A stretch of 61,461 nucleotides of DNA from Candidatus Fermentibacteraceae bacterium. GTDB taxonomy: Bacteria; Fermentibacterota; Fermentibacteria; Fermentibacterales; JCC-6. A model generated the notes under the pieces. The model saw nothing but the letters and a program-made list of their open reading frames with translations. It ran no database searches and was not told the DNA's origin. Position numbers and translations under genes: made by a program. The stretch lies in the NCBI GenBank assembly GCA_041686025.1, contig JAWLEP010000018.1:1-61461 (forward strand), given 5' to 3'. Position 1 is the stretch's first letter. Each line of letters opens with the position of its first letter. This document shows positions 49,386 through 58,466 of the stretch, piece by piece.

Positions 49386-49702
49386 CTAGTCCCGGTCTCT
49401 CATGTCCAGGATCCTCCAGAAGAAGGCGCCTCGTCGGCGATCCGGTCGGGCCGCTCCGAGCGCCCCACGGCGCCCCCGTGACCGGCACGCCTTGTTATGG
49501 ACATGAGTATGGGCGCATCTCCCGCCTGGGCCGCCTGCAGCCTGGCCCCGTACTTGAAGCTGTGCCCGGGAACCACCCGGTCGTCGTGGTCGGCGGTGGA
49601 GATCAGCGTTGCGGGGTACTCCGCCCCCTCGATGTTGTGGTAGGGTGAGTAGCCCAGCAGGAACTCCACGTCCTCCGGACCGCTCGTGTCTGAATCCGAC
49701 AT
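49386..49702 (-). pseudogene. C-terminal fragment of a prolyl oligopeptidase (S9A)
   Basis: YSPYHNI..YPATL.TADHDDRVVPGHSFK...AGHG; nucleophile Ser region and propeller absent. Confidence 0.78.
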
Positions 49703-50036
49703 GATTGGCCCCCTCGCGAACTCCTCGATTCCCGCAAGTACCGCGGGCGGGCGCATCAGATACGCTTACGGCCCTGCCGGCCCTTTCCTGCCTCTCGGCT
49801 TCATTTCCGGCCCGAACCCCTGTCGTATCACCTCCCTCTGGCCTCCAGTGCTTGCGTAGCGGCTCCGGCTCCGGCAGCACTGCGACTCACTGCCTGTCCG
49901 GCCCCGGCGGCTTCCCGGACGGTTGCCCTCCAAAATGATACGTTCTTCCCCGATTGTGGTATACCCGATCACAGTCGGGGGCAACCCCGGCAACCATCAC
50001 CGCGGTACCGTTGCCTGCCGGAAATGCCATAGAGGC

Positions 50037-51467
50037 CTATCGGGGCAGTATCTCCTCCAGTGTCAACAGGAGGACATTGCCATGCCCGGCCGCCGTCTCG
50101 ATCATGTGGTCCGAGAACCCACCGGCCGAGAAGTACACGAAGCGGCCCTTCAGAGCATCGGCCGCCCAGCCTCTCCCGGATGCTGCCAGGGCCTCCAGGT
50201 TACCCTTCAGCCTCCAGTGCACCTCGGGCCCTACCGGTCCCGATGACCACTTTACCTCACCCGTGATCATCTCGCCGGACGCCAGCTCTCCCACAAGATC
50301 CAGCTCGATGGGACGCCGGTTGCGGTCCATGCCCTCCCAGCGGGAGCAAACGGTTACCTCGGGCAGTCCCCATTGTCCATACAGCCGCAGCAGCGCTCTC
50401 CTCGCGACACGCTCGAACAGCCTGCCCATGTACGTATCCAATGCAGGCTCGATATCCCCGCCCCAGACCTCACCGATCCTGCCCCGCTCCAGGCGGCTCC
50501 TGTTCGGTTCCACGAAGCGGTGCCAGAACAGCAGGGCATTGTCGGCAATGTCGTATCTCCAGGCAGCCTTGGGTACTGCGCCGTAGTTGCGGTCGCGGCG
50601 GATCAGACCGAGCCCTTCCAGCACCTCGAGGGCCCTTCTGGCAACGTGCATTCGACCTTCCAGTCCGGCCCCGGATGCGATGTCGGAGAGCGTGCGACGA
50701 CCGGAGGCAACCGACCTCAGCACCGCCTCGTACTCGGCCGTATTCCTGATTCCCTTCTCAACGGCGATCAGCTCCTGAAGCTGTACATGCACCTCGCCCC
50801 GCGGTGAGAGCATGGTCCGGCAGATGGCCTCCCGTGGACCTTCCCCATGCTCGACCGCCGCCAGGTACCTGGGCATTCCACCCAGGGCTCCATACATGTA
50901 CATGGAGTCCCGACGGGCCAGCCAGGACACCATCATGGAAGCCTCCAGGTAGTCGAACGGGCGCAGCCTGGCCGCCCAGGAGAGCCTGCCGAACAGGGGG
51001 GAGTCGCTGCCCTGCAGCGCTTCCATGGTGGCGACCTCCGACCCGCAGAGGACAAGCAGCAGCGGGGAGGAGCCCAGCTCGGTATCCCAGACGGCGGTAA
51101 GCTGCGATGCCACGTCTTCCTCTCCCTGCAGCAGATACTGGAACTCGTCCAGCACGAAGACCTCACCGGGCCGTTCCCCGGATACCTCGGCCATCAGCCT
51201 GAAAGCCGTCCTCCATGTAGGGTAGTCGTCTACCTCCAACTTGCGGCCCGTCCATCGGGCGAGTTCGAGGATCAGGTCCCGCAGGTTGGTCCGGGAGGTG
51301 GTGTCGGCCGCCAGGAAGTAGAAGGGATCCTCCCAGGCTCTGCTCAGCAGATACGTCTTGCCGACCCTGCGCCGGCCATACAGCAGGGCCATCTCGGCTG
51401 AATCGCTGTCCGCCAGCCGCCTGAGCTCGTCGAGCTCGACTTCCCTGTCAACAAACGTCTCAGCCAC
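50037..51467 (-). CDS. AAA/archaeal-type ATPase with wHTH and DUF234-like PD-(D/E)xK domain
   Basis: FVDREVEL, YGRRRVGKT, LDEFQYL, GGMPRYL, ELDLV...GEVKW. Confidence 0.85.
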   Translation of the reverse strand: MAETFVDREVELDELRRLADSDSAEMALLYGRRRVGKTYLLSRAWEDPFYFLAADTTSRTNLRDLILELARWTGRKLEVDDYPTWRTAFRLMAEVSGERPGEVFVLDEFQYLLQGEEDVASQLTAVWDTELGSSPLLLVLCGSEVATMEALQGSDSPLFGRLSWAARLRPFDYLEASMMVSWLARRDSMYMYGALGGMPRYLAAVEHGEGPREAICRTMLSPRGEVHVQLQELIAVEKGIRNTAEYEAVLRSVASGRRTLSDIASGAGLEGRMHVARRALEVLEGLGLIRRDRNYGAVPKAAWRYDIADNALLFWHRFVEPNRSRLERGRIGEVWGGDIEPALDTYMGRLFERVARRALLRLYGQWGLPEVTVCSRWEGMDRNRRPIELDLVGELASGEMITGEVKWSSGPVGPEVHWRLKGNLEALAASGRGWAADALKGRFVYFSAGGFSDHMIETAAGHGNVLLLTLEEILPR

Positions 51468-51486
51468 AATCCGCTCCTATTCAGAC

Positions 51487-51506
51487 TATAGTGTAATTAC
51501 ACTATA
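51487..51506. promoter_or_regulatory. Perfect 20-bp palindrome TATAGTGTAATTACACTATA (putative operator)
   Basis: Self-complementary; 20 nt upstream of the ATPase start. Confidence 0.7.
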
Positions 51507-51562
51507 CTCTAATTCTACCATACATGCAATATGGGGTGATCACGCCATGGCACTCGGGCACT

Positions 51563-52039
51563 CTACAGCTTTCTGCGCATCCGCAGGAATCCGTCCTCCC
51601 TGTGCTCCAGCACCTTCCACCCCAGCCTGCGGTAGAAGGCCACGGCGCGGCCGTTGCCCCCGCGGACGTCCAGAAGCACCTCCCGACAGCCCAGGCCTAC
51701 CAGCAGCCGGTCACCGTACTCCACAATCCGCTCGGCCACTCCGCCGCCCCGCAGTTCCGGGATCACGTACAGGAAGCGCATGAAGGCGGACTCCGGGCGG
51801 ATCGGCATGGGAAACCCATCCAGCAAACCCACCACGCGACCATCCATCACAGCCACAGAGCAGAACCGGGGGTCCCGGCCCTGCGCTCGCCCCACCGCCT
51901 CGAAGTAGGGGTCCACGCTCTCCTCGGGGTCTACCGCCCCGTCGCTGCCGATGGGCAGCGTCTCCAGCAGGAAGCCCTCCACCAGCTCCCGGTCCGATCC
52001 CGCCTCGTACGGGCGGAGCTTCAACTCCTCCATGCCCAC
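51563..52039 (-). CDS. GNAT acetyltransferase
   Basis: LYVIPELRGGGVA, N.RAVAFYRRLGW. Confidence 0.88.
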   Translation of the reverse strand: MGMEELKLRPYEAGSDRELVEGFLLETLPIGSDGAVDPEESVDPYFEAVGRAQGRDPRFCSVAVMDGRVVGLLDGFPMPIRPESAFMRFLYVIPELRGGGVAERIVEYGDRLLVGLGCREVLLDVRGGNGRAVAFYRRLGWKVLEHREDGFLRMRRKL

Positions 52040-52251
52040 AGTTCCATTCTCAGAGGACTACCATGACGACAAAGCAAAGCAGCCTTCAGATGATATCTCA
52101 TTGCTCCGGTTCACATCAACTCACCGATTCCAGGTAGGGCAGGCCTTTGACGCCATCGCTACATCAGGGATATGCTCATCTGACGGGGCTGGTGCGCATG
52201 CCGCCGGCATACCCGCCGCCCCCCGGGAGCACTCTCACATTGGAGGGAACC

Positions 52252-52632
52252 ATGCGTACGCTCTTCCTTACGGCTGCTGCAGGCCTGCTTCTGCTCGGAT
52301 GCGGAGGCGGCAATGGCGAAGAATCGGCCCAGACCGGCGCCGCCCCCGAGTCCGGCGAACCAACCGTGGTCGGCACCTGGGAGGTAGTGGAGGTAGTCAG
52401 CGGCACTGACATGGGTAACACCGGAGTGGTCTACGAGTTCAACGAGGATGGGACCATGTGTTCCCGGATGGCAGGCACGGCGGTGGAGGGCACCTACACC
52501 GTCGTGGAGGACACCCTCAGGATAACCCAGGGCAGTGCCAGCTACGACGCCTGCTACGTTCTGGACGGAGAGAGCATGAACTTCGACATACTGAACGGCC
52601 CGCAGACCTTCAGGATGGAGCTGCAGCACTAG
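52252..52632 (+). CDS. Lipocalin-like lipoprotein
   Basis: Lipobox LLGC; VVGTW...FNEDGT...GTYTV. Confidence 0.7.
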   Translation: MRTLFLTAAAGLLLLGCGGGNGEESAQTGAAPESGEPTVVGTWEVVEVVSGTDMGNTGVVYEFNEDGTMCSRMAGTAVEGTYTVVEDTLRITQGSASYDACYVLDGESMNFDILNGPQTFRMELQH

Positions 52633-52684
52633 AGCGGGGCCCCGGCCCACCGCCTGTAGAACCGGAAGGGGAAGGAAGGAGCGG

Positions 52685-54343
52685 ATGATCGCGAGGCAAG
52701 GAGAGCCGGTGGCAAGAGCGCTGGCCGGGTTGTTGCTGACCGCCATGGCTCTGCTCTTCGCGGGTGGAGCCGGAGCACAGAGCGGTGAGGAGAACGGTTT
52801 CGGGCTGATACTGGCCCACCTGGAGGGACCCGGGGCAACAGAGACCTTCACCGCAGACAGCCTCACTGACCTTGTGGCAGGCTACATCCTGGACGTCCCC
52901 GGTTTTCGCACCTACCGGCCGGCGGATCCGTACGCCGACCTCCGGGAGGCAGTCGAGATGTCTCCCAGGGTATACTCGGACGCCGGGGCGGCAGCCGTCC
53001 TCTCCGTCCGCCCCGCAGGCTCGGGCGCAGTGGTGTCCCTGGACTACGTTCCCCTGGACGGCCCCGGCGCCCCTTCGGCCGGTGATCCGGCCTCTGCGGA
53101 CCGCACAGTGCTCAGCTACCGGAGATGGCCCCCATCGGCGGGCTCGGATACCGCAGAGGCGGTAGTGCCCATCCTGGGGGAGTTCGTCATGGCCTCCGCC
53201 TACAGCCAGCGGGGCATGTACGACATGACGCTGCGGCGACTCGACAGCGTGCTGGAGACGCTGGAGGGGACCGGGCTCACCGGCGCAAGGGCGCGCTACC
53301 ATGCCCTCCGTGCCCGGGTACTGTACGCCCACCTCGACGACCCCGAAGCAGCCCTGGAGGACCTGGACGCCGCCCTGCGGCTGGACCCGGAGCTGGGTGC
53401 AGCCTATCTCCTCCGGGCCGATCTGCGCCTATCCCGGGGGGACCTGCAGGGCGCACACGTGGACCTGACCCGGGCCATCTCACGGGACTCCACCAATGCG
53501 GCCGCCTGGCGGATGCGGGGCTCGCTGGAGCTGGCCTCCGGCGAGTACGAGGCGGCCGAGGCCGACCTTACCCGGGCCATCGAGCTGGGTCTGCCCTCCC
53601 CAGGTCTGTACTACGACCGTGCCATGGCCTACGTCGGTCTGATCCAGAAGGTCCGGGCCCTGGAAGATCTGCACATGGCCATCACCATGGATTCCACCCT
53701 CATAGACGCATACATGCATGGAATGGTCCTCTATGCCACCATGGGCAGGGGGGATGCCGCCGAATACCTGCTGGAGGGCGGCATATCCGCCAATCCCGAC
53801 GACCCCTACCTGCCGGTCCTGCTGGCCTCGCTGCGTGGGGAGACGCAACAGCTGCTGGAGGCTGCGGACAGGGGAGCGGCCGCGCACCCCGATGAGCCGT
53901 TCTTCTACTACTGGCGCGCCGCCGCCAGCGATGAGCTGGGCGACTACGCTCAGGCCCTGGAGGACTACCAGCAGGTGAGCGACTTCTTTGCAGCCGGTAA
54001 CTACGGCAGGCTGACCGACCCCCGCGAGGAGTACGTGGAGATGATGGTCACCAACCTCCGGAGCTTCGTCGGTCTGCCCGAAGAGAGCGCGGAGTACTAC
54101 GTGGCCAGGGGGGAGTATAACCAGCGCAGGAAACGGTACGGGAAGGCCCTGGAAGACTTCACCCATGCCCTGTCCCTGCCGGGGACCGGCCCGGAGGTCC
54201 TCTACCGGTGCGCCATATGCCGCGAGCGCATGGGAGAGCTGCAGCAGGCCGAAGAGAACCTGGAGAGATTCCTGGAGTCCGACGCCGGCACCCAGCAGGA
54301 GCGTCTTGCGGCCCGCCGGATGCTGGAGCGCCTCCGCCGCTAG
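52685..54343 (+). CDS. Secreted TPR-repeat protein
   Basis: Signal peptide; repeated ALEDLDAALRLDP-type TPRs. Confidence 0.82.
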   Translation: MIARQGEPVARALAGLLLTAMALLFAGGAGAQSGEENGFGLILAHLEGPGATETFTADSLTDLVAGYILDVPGFRTYRPADPYADLREAVEMSPRVYSDAGAAAVLSVRPAGSGAVVSLDYVPLDGPGAPSAGDPASADRTVLSYRRWPPSAGSDTAEAVVPILGEFVMASAYSQRGMYDMTLRRLDSVLETLEGTGLTGARARYHALRARVLYAHLDDPEAALEDLDAALRLDPELGAAYLLRADLRLSRGDLQGAHVDLTRAISRDSTNAAAWRMRGSLELASGEYEAAEADLTRAIELGLPSPGLYYDRAMAYVGLIQKVRALEDLHMAITMDSTLIDAYMHGMVLYATMGRGDAAEYLLEGGISANPDDPYLPVLLASLRGETQQLLEAADRGAAAHPDEPFFYYWRAAASDELGDYAQALEDYQQVSDFFAAGNYGRLTDPREEYVEMMVTNLRSFVGLPEESAEYYVARGEYNQRRKRYGKALEDFTHALSLPGTGPEVLYRCAICRERMGELQQAEENLERFLESDAGTQQERLAARRMLERLRR

Positions 54344-54362
54344 GCGTCTCCTCCTCTTCTCC

Positions 54363-55202
54363 TCAGTCCTCCGCCCCGGACAGCCGGCCTATGTAGTGCA
54401 GGAACATCGCTTCGCTCCATCCCTCTACGGCCGCCTTTTCTTCGCCTCTGACGAATGGCAGCACGTCCAGGGTGGCGTCTCGCAGATCGATCTCCGCCAG
54501 CCTCCTCTTAAGGCGCTCCTCAAGCCAGGCGGGCGTCACCACAACTCCTTTGCCCTTCCAAGGGCCGGCCTGGTCCAGAGCCGATGAGAGCAGGGGGTAG
54601 TTGGGCCGCACACCCCGCGAGCAGAACCAGAGCAGATCGAACCAGTCCCTGCCCTTCACCCAGGACCGGCACAGCAGGGCGTGGCACTTCAGAGCCAGTG
54701 ACGAAGGAAGGTCCGCTGCGGTAATCTCATGGGGGGCGGGGAAGTCAAGAAACGCCGGTCTGGCATCTGTCCCAGATGGTGGCTTTGTGTCGATTTCCAG
54801 CCGAATTCTGGTCTTGCTCGACCGGCCCGATACGGAACCGACGATATTGGAATCGTCGATGAGGAGCATGGCTCGAATCGCCCCGCGCTTCCGCGGCTTA
54901 CGGCGGATCTCCGGGCTCAGTCCGAAACGGCGGCATGTGGAGAACAGTTCCTCTTCGTGGTCTGCCCAGTCGAAGGAGTCGTCCGGTGTCCTAAGCAGGA
55001 AGTCGAGGTCCTCGGAGAAGCGGGGCAGCGAGTGCACAATGCGAAGCTCCGTGCCGCCGTGGAAGATGGCCTTCTCGAAGAAGCCATGCGCCGAGAGGGA
55101 GTAGAGGGCGATCTCCTGTACCGCTTCCCGGAAGCGCAGCCGCAGCTCCTCTTCGGACTTCGATGAAGGATCGCCGAGACGCTCTAGGAGAATGCCGTTC
55201 AT
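54363..55202 (-). CDS. abiEii: AbiEii nucleotidyltransferase toxin (type IV TA)
   Basis: FHGGTELR...RFSEDLDF, KCHAL, KGRDWFD. Confidence 0.9.
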   Translation of the reverse strand: MNGILLERLGDPSSKSEEELRLRFREAVQEIALYSLSAHGFFEKAIFHGGTELRIVHSLPRFSEDLDFLLRTPDDSFDWADHEEELFSTCRRFGLSPEIRRKPRKRGAIRAMLLIDDSNIVGSVSGRSSKTRIRLEIDTKPPSGTDARPAFLDFPAPHEITAADLPSSLALKCHALLCRSWVKGRDWFDLLWFCSRGVRPNYPLLSSALDQAGPWKGKGVVVTPAWLEERLKRRLAEIDLRDATLDVLPFVRGEEKAAVEGWSEAMFLHYIGRLSGAED

Positions 55203-55852
55203 GATCCCCCACCGAGCGCCTGTGCCAGCTTCCTGAGCAGCTCCCGGACCGACGGGGACCTGTAACCGTCGGCCAGCCGATCCAGTAGTTCGAGGTCAAG
55301 GTCCTCCAGCGCGTCCATGTCGACCCGAAGGCGGGCGCAGAGGCCCCCGATTCCCTCCCACGTGAGCCTTCTGAAGTATGCCGTGTCTCCCAGTGCCCTC
55401 TCGGGCCCGGCGATGACAAAGGCGTTTCCTCCGGATGCCGCCCCTACCGTGCCCAGGTAGAAATTGTCCACACGCCACGGCAGCCTCTTGTAGACGAACT
55501 CTCCGAAGGGATTCTGGAAGCTCCGGCTTCTGCCCTCCGGCACGCAGCTCGAGACGACGGCGGGCTTCTCCTGCAGCCAGCCGTGGAAGTCCAGGGCCGA
55601 TTCCATGGAGACGTATCCCTCCGGGACCAGCATGTTGGCGATGTGGTAGACGCTGGGTCTCTGCCTGGAGACGGAGGGGGAGACCACATACAGCCCGCGC
55701 TTCAGGCGGACCAGCTCCCCGCTGGACAGCGCCCTGTGCACCAGACCCCACCTGCGTCCTTCGCTGCCGCCAACCACATCCCGAATGGTGGTCTTGGAAA
55801 TGACATTCCCACCCAGGTCGCTCTCCAGCAGCATCTCGGTCAACGTTTCCAT
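55199..55852 (-). CDS. abiEi: AbiEi antitoxin (wHTH)
   Basis: LVRLKRGLY, YVSMESAL..HG, PERALGD; ATGA overlap with the toxin. Confidence 0.87.
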   Translation of the reverse strand: METLTEMLLESDLGGNVISKTTIRDVVGGSEGRRWGLVHRALSSGELVRLKRGLYVVSPSVSRQRPSVYHIANMLVPEGYVSMESALDFHGWLQEKPAVVSSCVPEGRSRSFQNPFGEFVYKRLPWRVDNFYLGTVGAASGGNAFVIAGPERALGDTAYFRRLTWEGIGGLCARLRVDMDALEDLDLELLDRLADGYRSPSVRELLRKLAQALGGGS

Positions 55853-56145
55853 CGCGCCTCCCTATACGCAAGTAATATTCACAAAGCATCATTGTATAGC
55901 AAGATCATGCATGAAACTTCTATACTGTGAAAGTATTAGACAAGAAACTGGTCCCCACAGACCTCAGCATTGCGTCTTTCATCTGCTCTTCTCGGCCTGG
56001 GATGAATACGACAGCAAGAACCGTTGTTGAGCATGCTGATACGTTTGCGTATACAATCTACAGGCAAGTGACGTAGTTCGGGATGATTGAGTATCGACTG
56101 GGCTGCCTGGAAAGCCCTGATCACAGCAATTATAGGGATGCGTGG

Positions 56146-57027
56146 ATGCTGTACAGTAGACACAAGTTACTGCTTGCGCTTCTCGGCAACCACGATGGTC
56201 GTATGGGCTCAAGCGATTTCATGAAGCGCCTTTTCCTGCTGACAAGACTGCAGGAGCCCCCGGAGTACAGCTTTCTTCCCTACAGATACGGTTGCTTCTC
56301 CTTTCAGGCCTATTCGGACAGGAGACGTCTGATACGAGCGGGATATCTCCAGAACGCCAACGGCTGGAGCCTGACGGACAAGGGACGGGCCGCACTGGAG
56401 GGTCCGGTTGCCGATAGACTGGACTGGGTAATGGACGCAGGCAAGCCCTACGCCAATCTAAAGGGCAATGATCTCATAAGTTACGTCTACAGGCAGTACC
56501 CCTTCTACGCGATTAACAGCACGATTGCCGAGGATATTCTCTCCGAACAGGATCTCATTCTAGTTGATCTGGCCAGGCCGAAGTCCGAGAGTCCTGCGAT
56601 CTTCTTCATCGGATATCAGGGCAGGTCTGTGGACAGGTTCTTTGAGATACTGCTGGAAAATGCAGTGGGTATCCTTGTGGATGTACGCAGGAACGCATTC
56701 AGCATGAAGTACGGATTCAGCAGAAAGACACTCGATAGAATCTCCCGGGCTATGGGCATTCGCTACGTGCATATCCCCGCCCTCGGCATAGATGGCTCAA
56801 AGCGCAGAGAACTCCGTACACAGTCGGACTACGACGACCTTCTCGACGATTACGAAAGAACCGTCCTCCCATCCAGGCAAGAAGAGCTGGACAGCCTGAG
56901 GCAGCTCGTTTCCGACCAGCATCGAATCGCCCTTATGTGCTACGAGGAGAAGCCCCAGCAGTGCCACAGAACTCGCGTGGCCATCAGACTTGGCGAGATG
57001 GCAGAACTGGATCCCCGGCTCATATGA
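56146..57027 (+). CDS. DUF488 protein with N-terminal wHTH
   Basis: FMKRLFL...Y.F.PYRYGCFS; IGYQGR, LVDVRRNAFS.KYGFS, LMCYE..CHR. Confidence 0.85.
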   Translation: MLYSRHKLLLALLGNHDGRMGSSDFMKRLFLLTRLQEPPEYSFLPYRYGCFSFQAYSDRRRLIRAGYLQNANGWSLTDKGRAALEGPVADRLDWVMDAGKPYANLKGNDLISYVYRQYPFYAINSTIAEDILSEQDLILVDLARPKSESPAIFFIGYQGRSVDRFFEILLENAVGILVDVRRNAFSMKYGFSRKTLDRISRAMGIRYVHIPALGIDGSKRRELRTQSDYDDLLDDYERTVLPSRQEELDSLRQLVSDQHRIALMCYEEKPQQCHRTRVAIRLGEMAELDPRLI

Positions 57028-57090
57028 ACAGCACAAGGGTCTTGATTACGGTAAAGACATATCCGACGCTCTCAACGAAGTATGGAGATC
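57024..57090 (+). pseudogene. Truncated 5' end of the gene normally following DUF488
   Basis: ATGA-coupled MNSTRVLITVKTYPTLSTKYG, then the frame runs into non-coding promoter/hairpin DNA. Confidence 0.55.
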
Positions 57091-57124
57091 TTGACGGTCC
57101 CGGGACTGCGATTCTATATAGCGT

Positions 57125-57210
57125 ACAAATGATGTGTGTTGGTCATCCTACCCCGGCGGCTTTCGAGTTCGTCGGGCCCCCCTGGGTTTCGACCCAGGGG
57201 GTTTTCTTTC
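57125..57210 (+). ncRNA. Putative small RNA/leader with two UUCG hairpins, ending in an intrinsic terminator
   Basis: TTGACG (57091) and TATATA (57115) upstream; hairpins 57152-57176 and 57178-57201 followed by TTTTCTTT. Confidence 0.6.
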
Positions 57211-57217
57211 TGCTGTA

Positions 57218-57862
57218 ATGAACAGGACGTCTGTACTTATAGACGGTCTCAACCTGTACCATTCCCTCCTGGACATCGGCAGTGACAGAAATGTCGATCA
57301 CATTCTCTGGCTTGATGTCAAGAAGGTTTGCTCGTCCTTCCTGGTCAGATCCATGCAGGCCGCCGACGGCGAGCGCGCAACACTCGCCGATATCCTCTAC
57401 TACTACGCTCTGCCCTTCCACAGAGGTGAAGATGCCGTCCGTAGGCATCGAACGTATGTATCTTGCCTCAAAGCGACCGGAGTTGCATGCGAACTTGCCC
57501 GGTTCAAGCCCAAGTACGTCAAATGTTCCAAGTGCAGCCATACCTTCAAGAAGTGGGAGGAGAAAGAGACAGACGTAGCCATCTGCGTCAAGCTGCTCGA
57601 GATCCTCCATATGGATGCTGCGGATACTGTGATAATCGCGTCGGGGGATACCGACCTTGCCCCGGCAGTCAGAACAGCGACTCGCCTCTATCCGATGAAG
57701 AGGGTCTTCTTCTGCTTCCCGTACAGGAGGAAGAACCAGGAATTGCAGCAACTTGCCCCCCAGTCCTTCAACCTCAGGCCAAAGGTCTGTATCAACTCCC
57801 AGCTGCCCGAACGATACCCTCTCCCCGATGGGAGCTTTCTCGAAAGACCGGCAACTTGGTAG
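57218..57862 (+). CDS. NYN (LabA/DUF88, PIN-fold) ribonuclease with CxxC insert
   Basis: VLIDGLNLYH, CSKC, EEKETDV, SGDTDLAPA. Confidence 0.9.
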   Translation: MNRTSVLIDGLNLYHSLLDIGSDRNVDHILWLDVKKVCSSFLVRSMQAADGERATLADILYYYALPFHRGEDAVRRHRTYVSCLKATGVACELARFKPKYVKCSKCSHTFKKWEEKETDVAICVKLLEILHMDAADTVIIASGDTDLAPAVRTATRLYPMKRVFFCFPYRRKNQELQQLAPQSFNLRPKVCINSQLPERYPLPDGSFLERPATW

Positions 57863-57909
57863 ACCATGACTTCAGCACAGATGACACCAGAGAGACTGAC
57901 GATGACGGA

Positions 57910-58064
57910 TGATTCGAAGACCTACAGCCCCGTAAGCTACACGAGAACCTGAATTACATAAGTCCGGCAGAGTACGAGCGGCGCTATTGGGAGACGAAGA
58001 GGGCTTCTGAGTTCGCAGTAAGTTCGTCACTACAGTGACCGTCCGAAATCGATAGGGCGGTCCA
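57910..58064 (+). mobile_element. IS3-family right-end remnant
   Basis: PRKLHENLNYISPAEYE resembles the IS3 transposase C-terminus (R.H.sL.Y.SP.E.E); IR-like end GTCC...GGGCGGTCCA. Confidence 0.6.
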
Positions 58065-58113
58065 GAGCATAAACGAGCTGGGGCTTGTACCACAGGGATT
58101 CTGAGAGGCATGA

Positions 58114-58419
58114 ATGGGTTCCGCTTACGAGTTCAAATGTGAGAAATGTGGCTACACTGTCGTATCATCTGCCGGCAAGGACTGCGGATTCGAGGCAGTC
58201 GTTCAGCCCATGATCTGCCGCTCCTGCAATATCGTGGCCAGCGTCATGATTGGGAGAAATTTCGAGGAAGGCCCCACGGGCATCGAATTCTATGACAAGA
58301 AGATGGGAAAATGCCCCGAATGTGGGGGAACAGACCTGGTTGCCTGGAGTAAATCAAGGCCGTGTCCCAAATGCGGTGCCAGAATGACAATGGGCGATCT
58401 GCGTTACCTGTGGGACTGA
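58114..58419 (+). CDS. Small multi-zinc-ribbon protein
   Basis: Four CxxC pairs (CEKC, CRSC, CPEC, CPKC). Confidence 0.75.
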   Translation: MGSAYEFKCEKCGYTVVSSAGKDCGFEAVVQPMICRSCNIVASVMIGRNFEEGPTGIEFYDKKMGKCPECGGTDLVAWSKSRPCPKCGARMTMGDLRYLWD

Positions 58420-58466
58420 TAGCATGCTCGTTTTGCGCGCGCTGACCTGACTGATGTCGGACTAAT

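Noticed and set aside
47233..58419. Integron cassette array
   Set aside because: Mixed gene orientations, no integrase and no recurring attC sites seen
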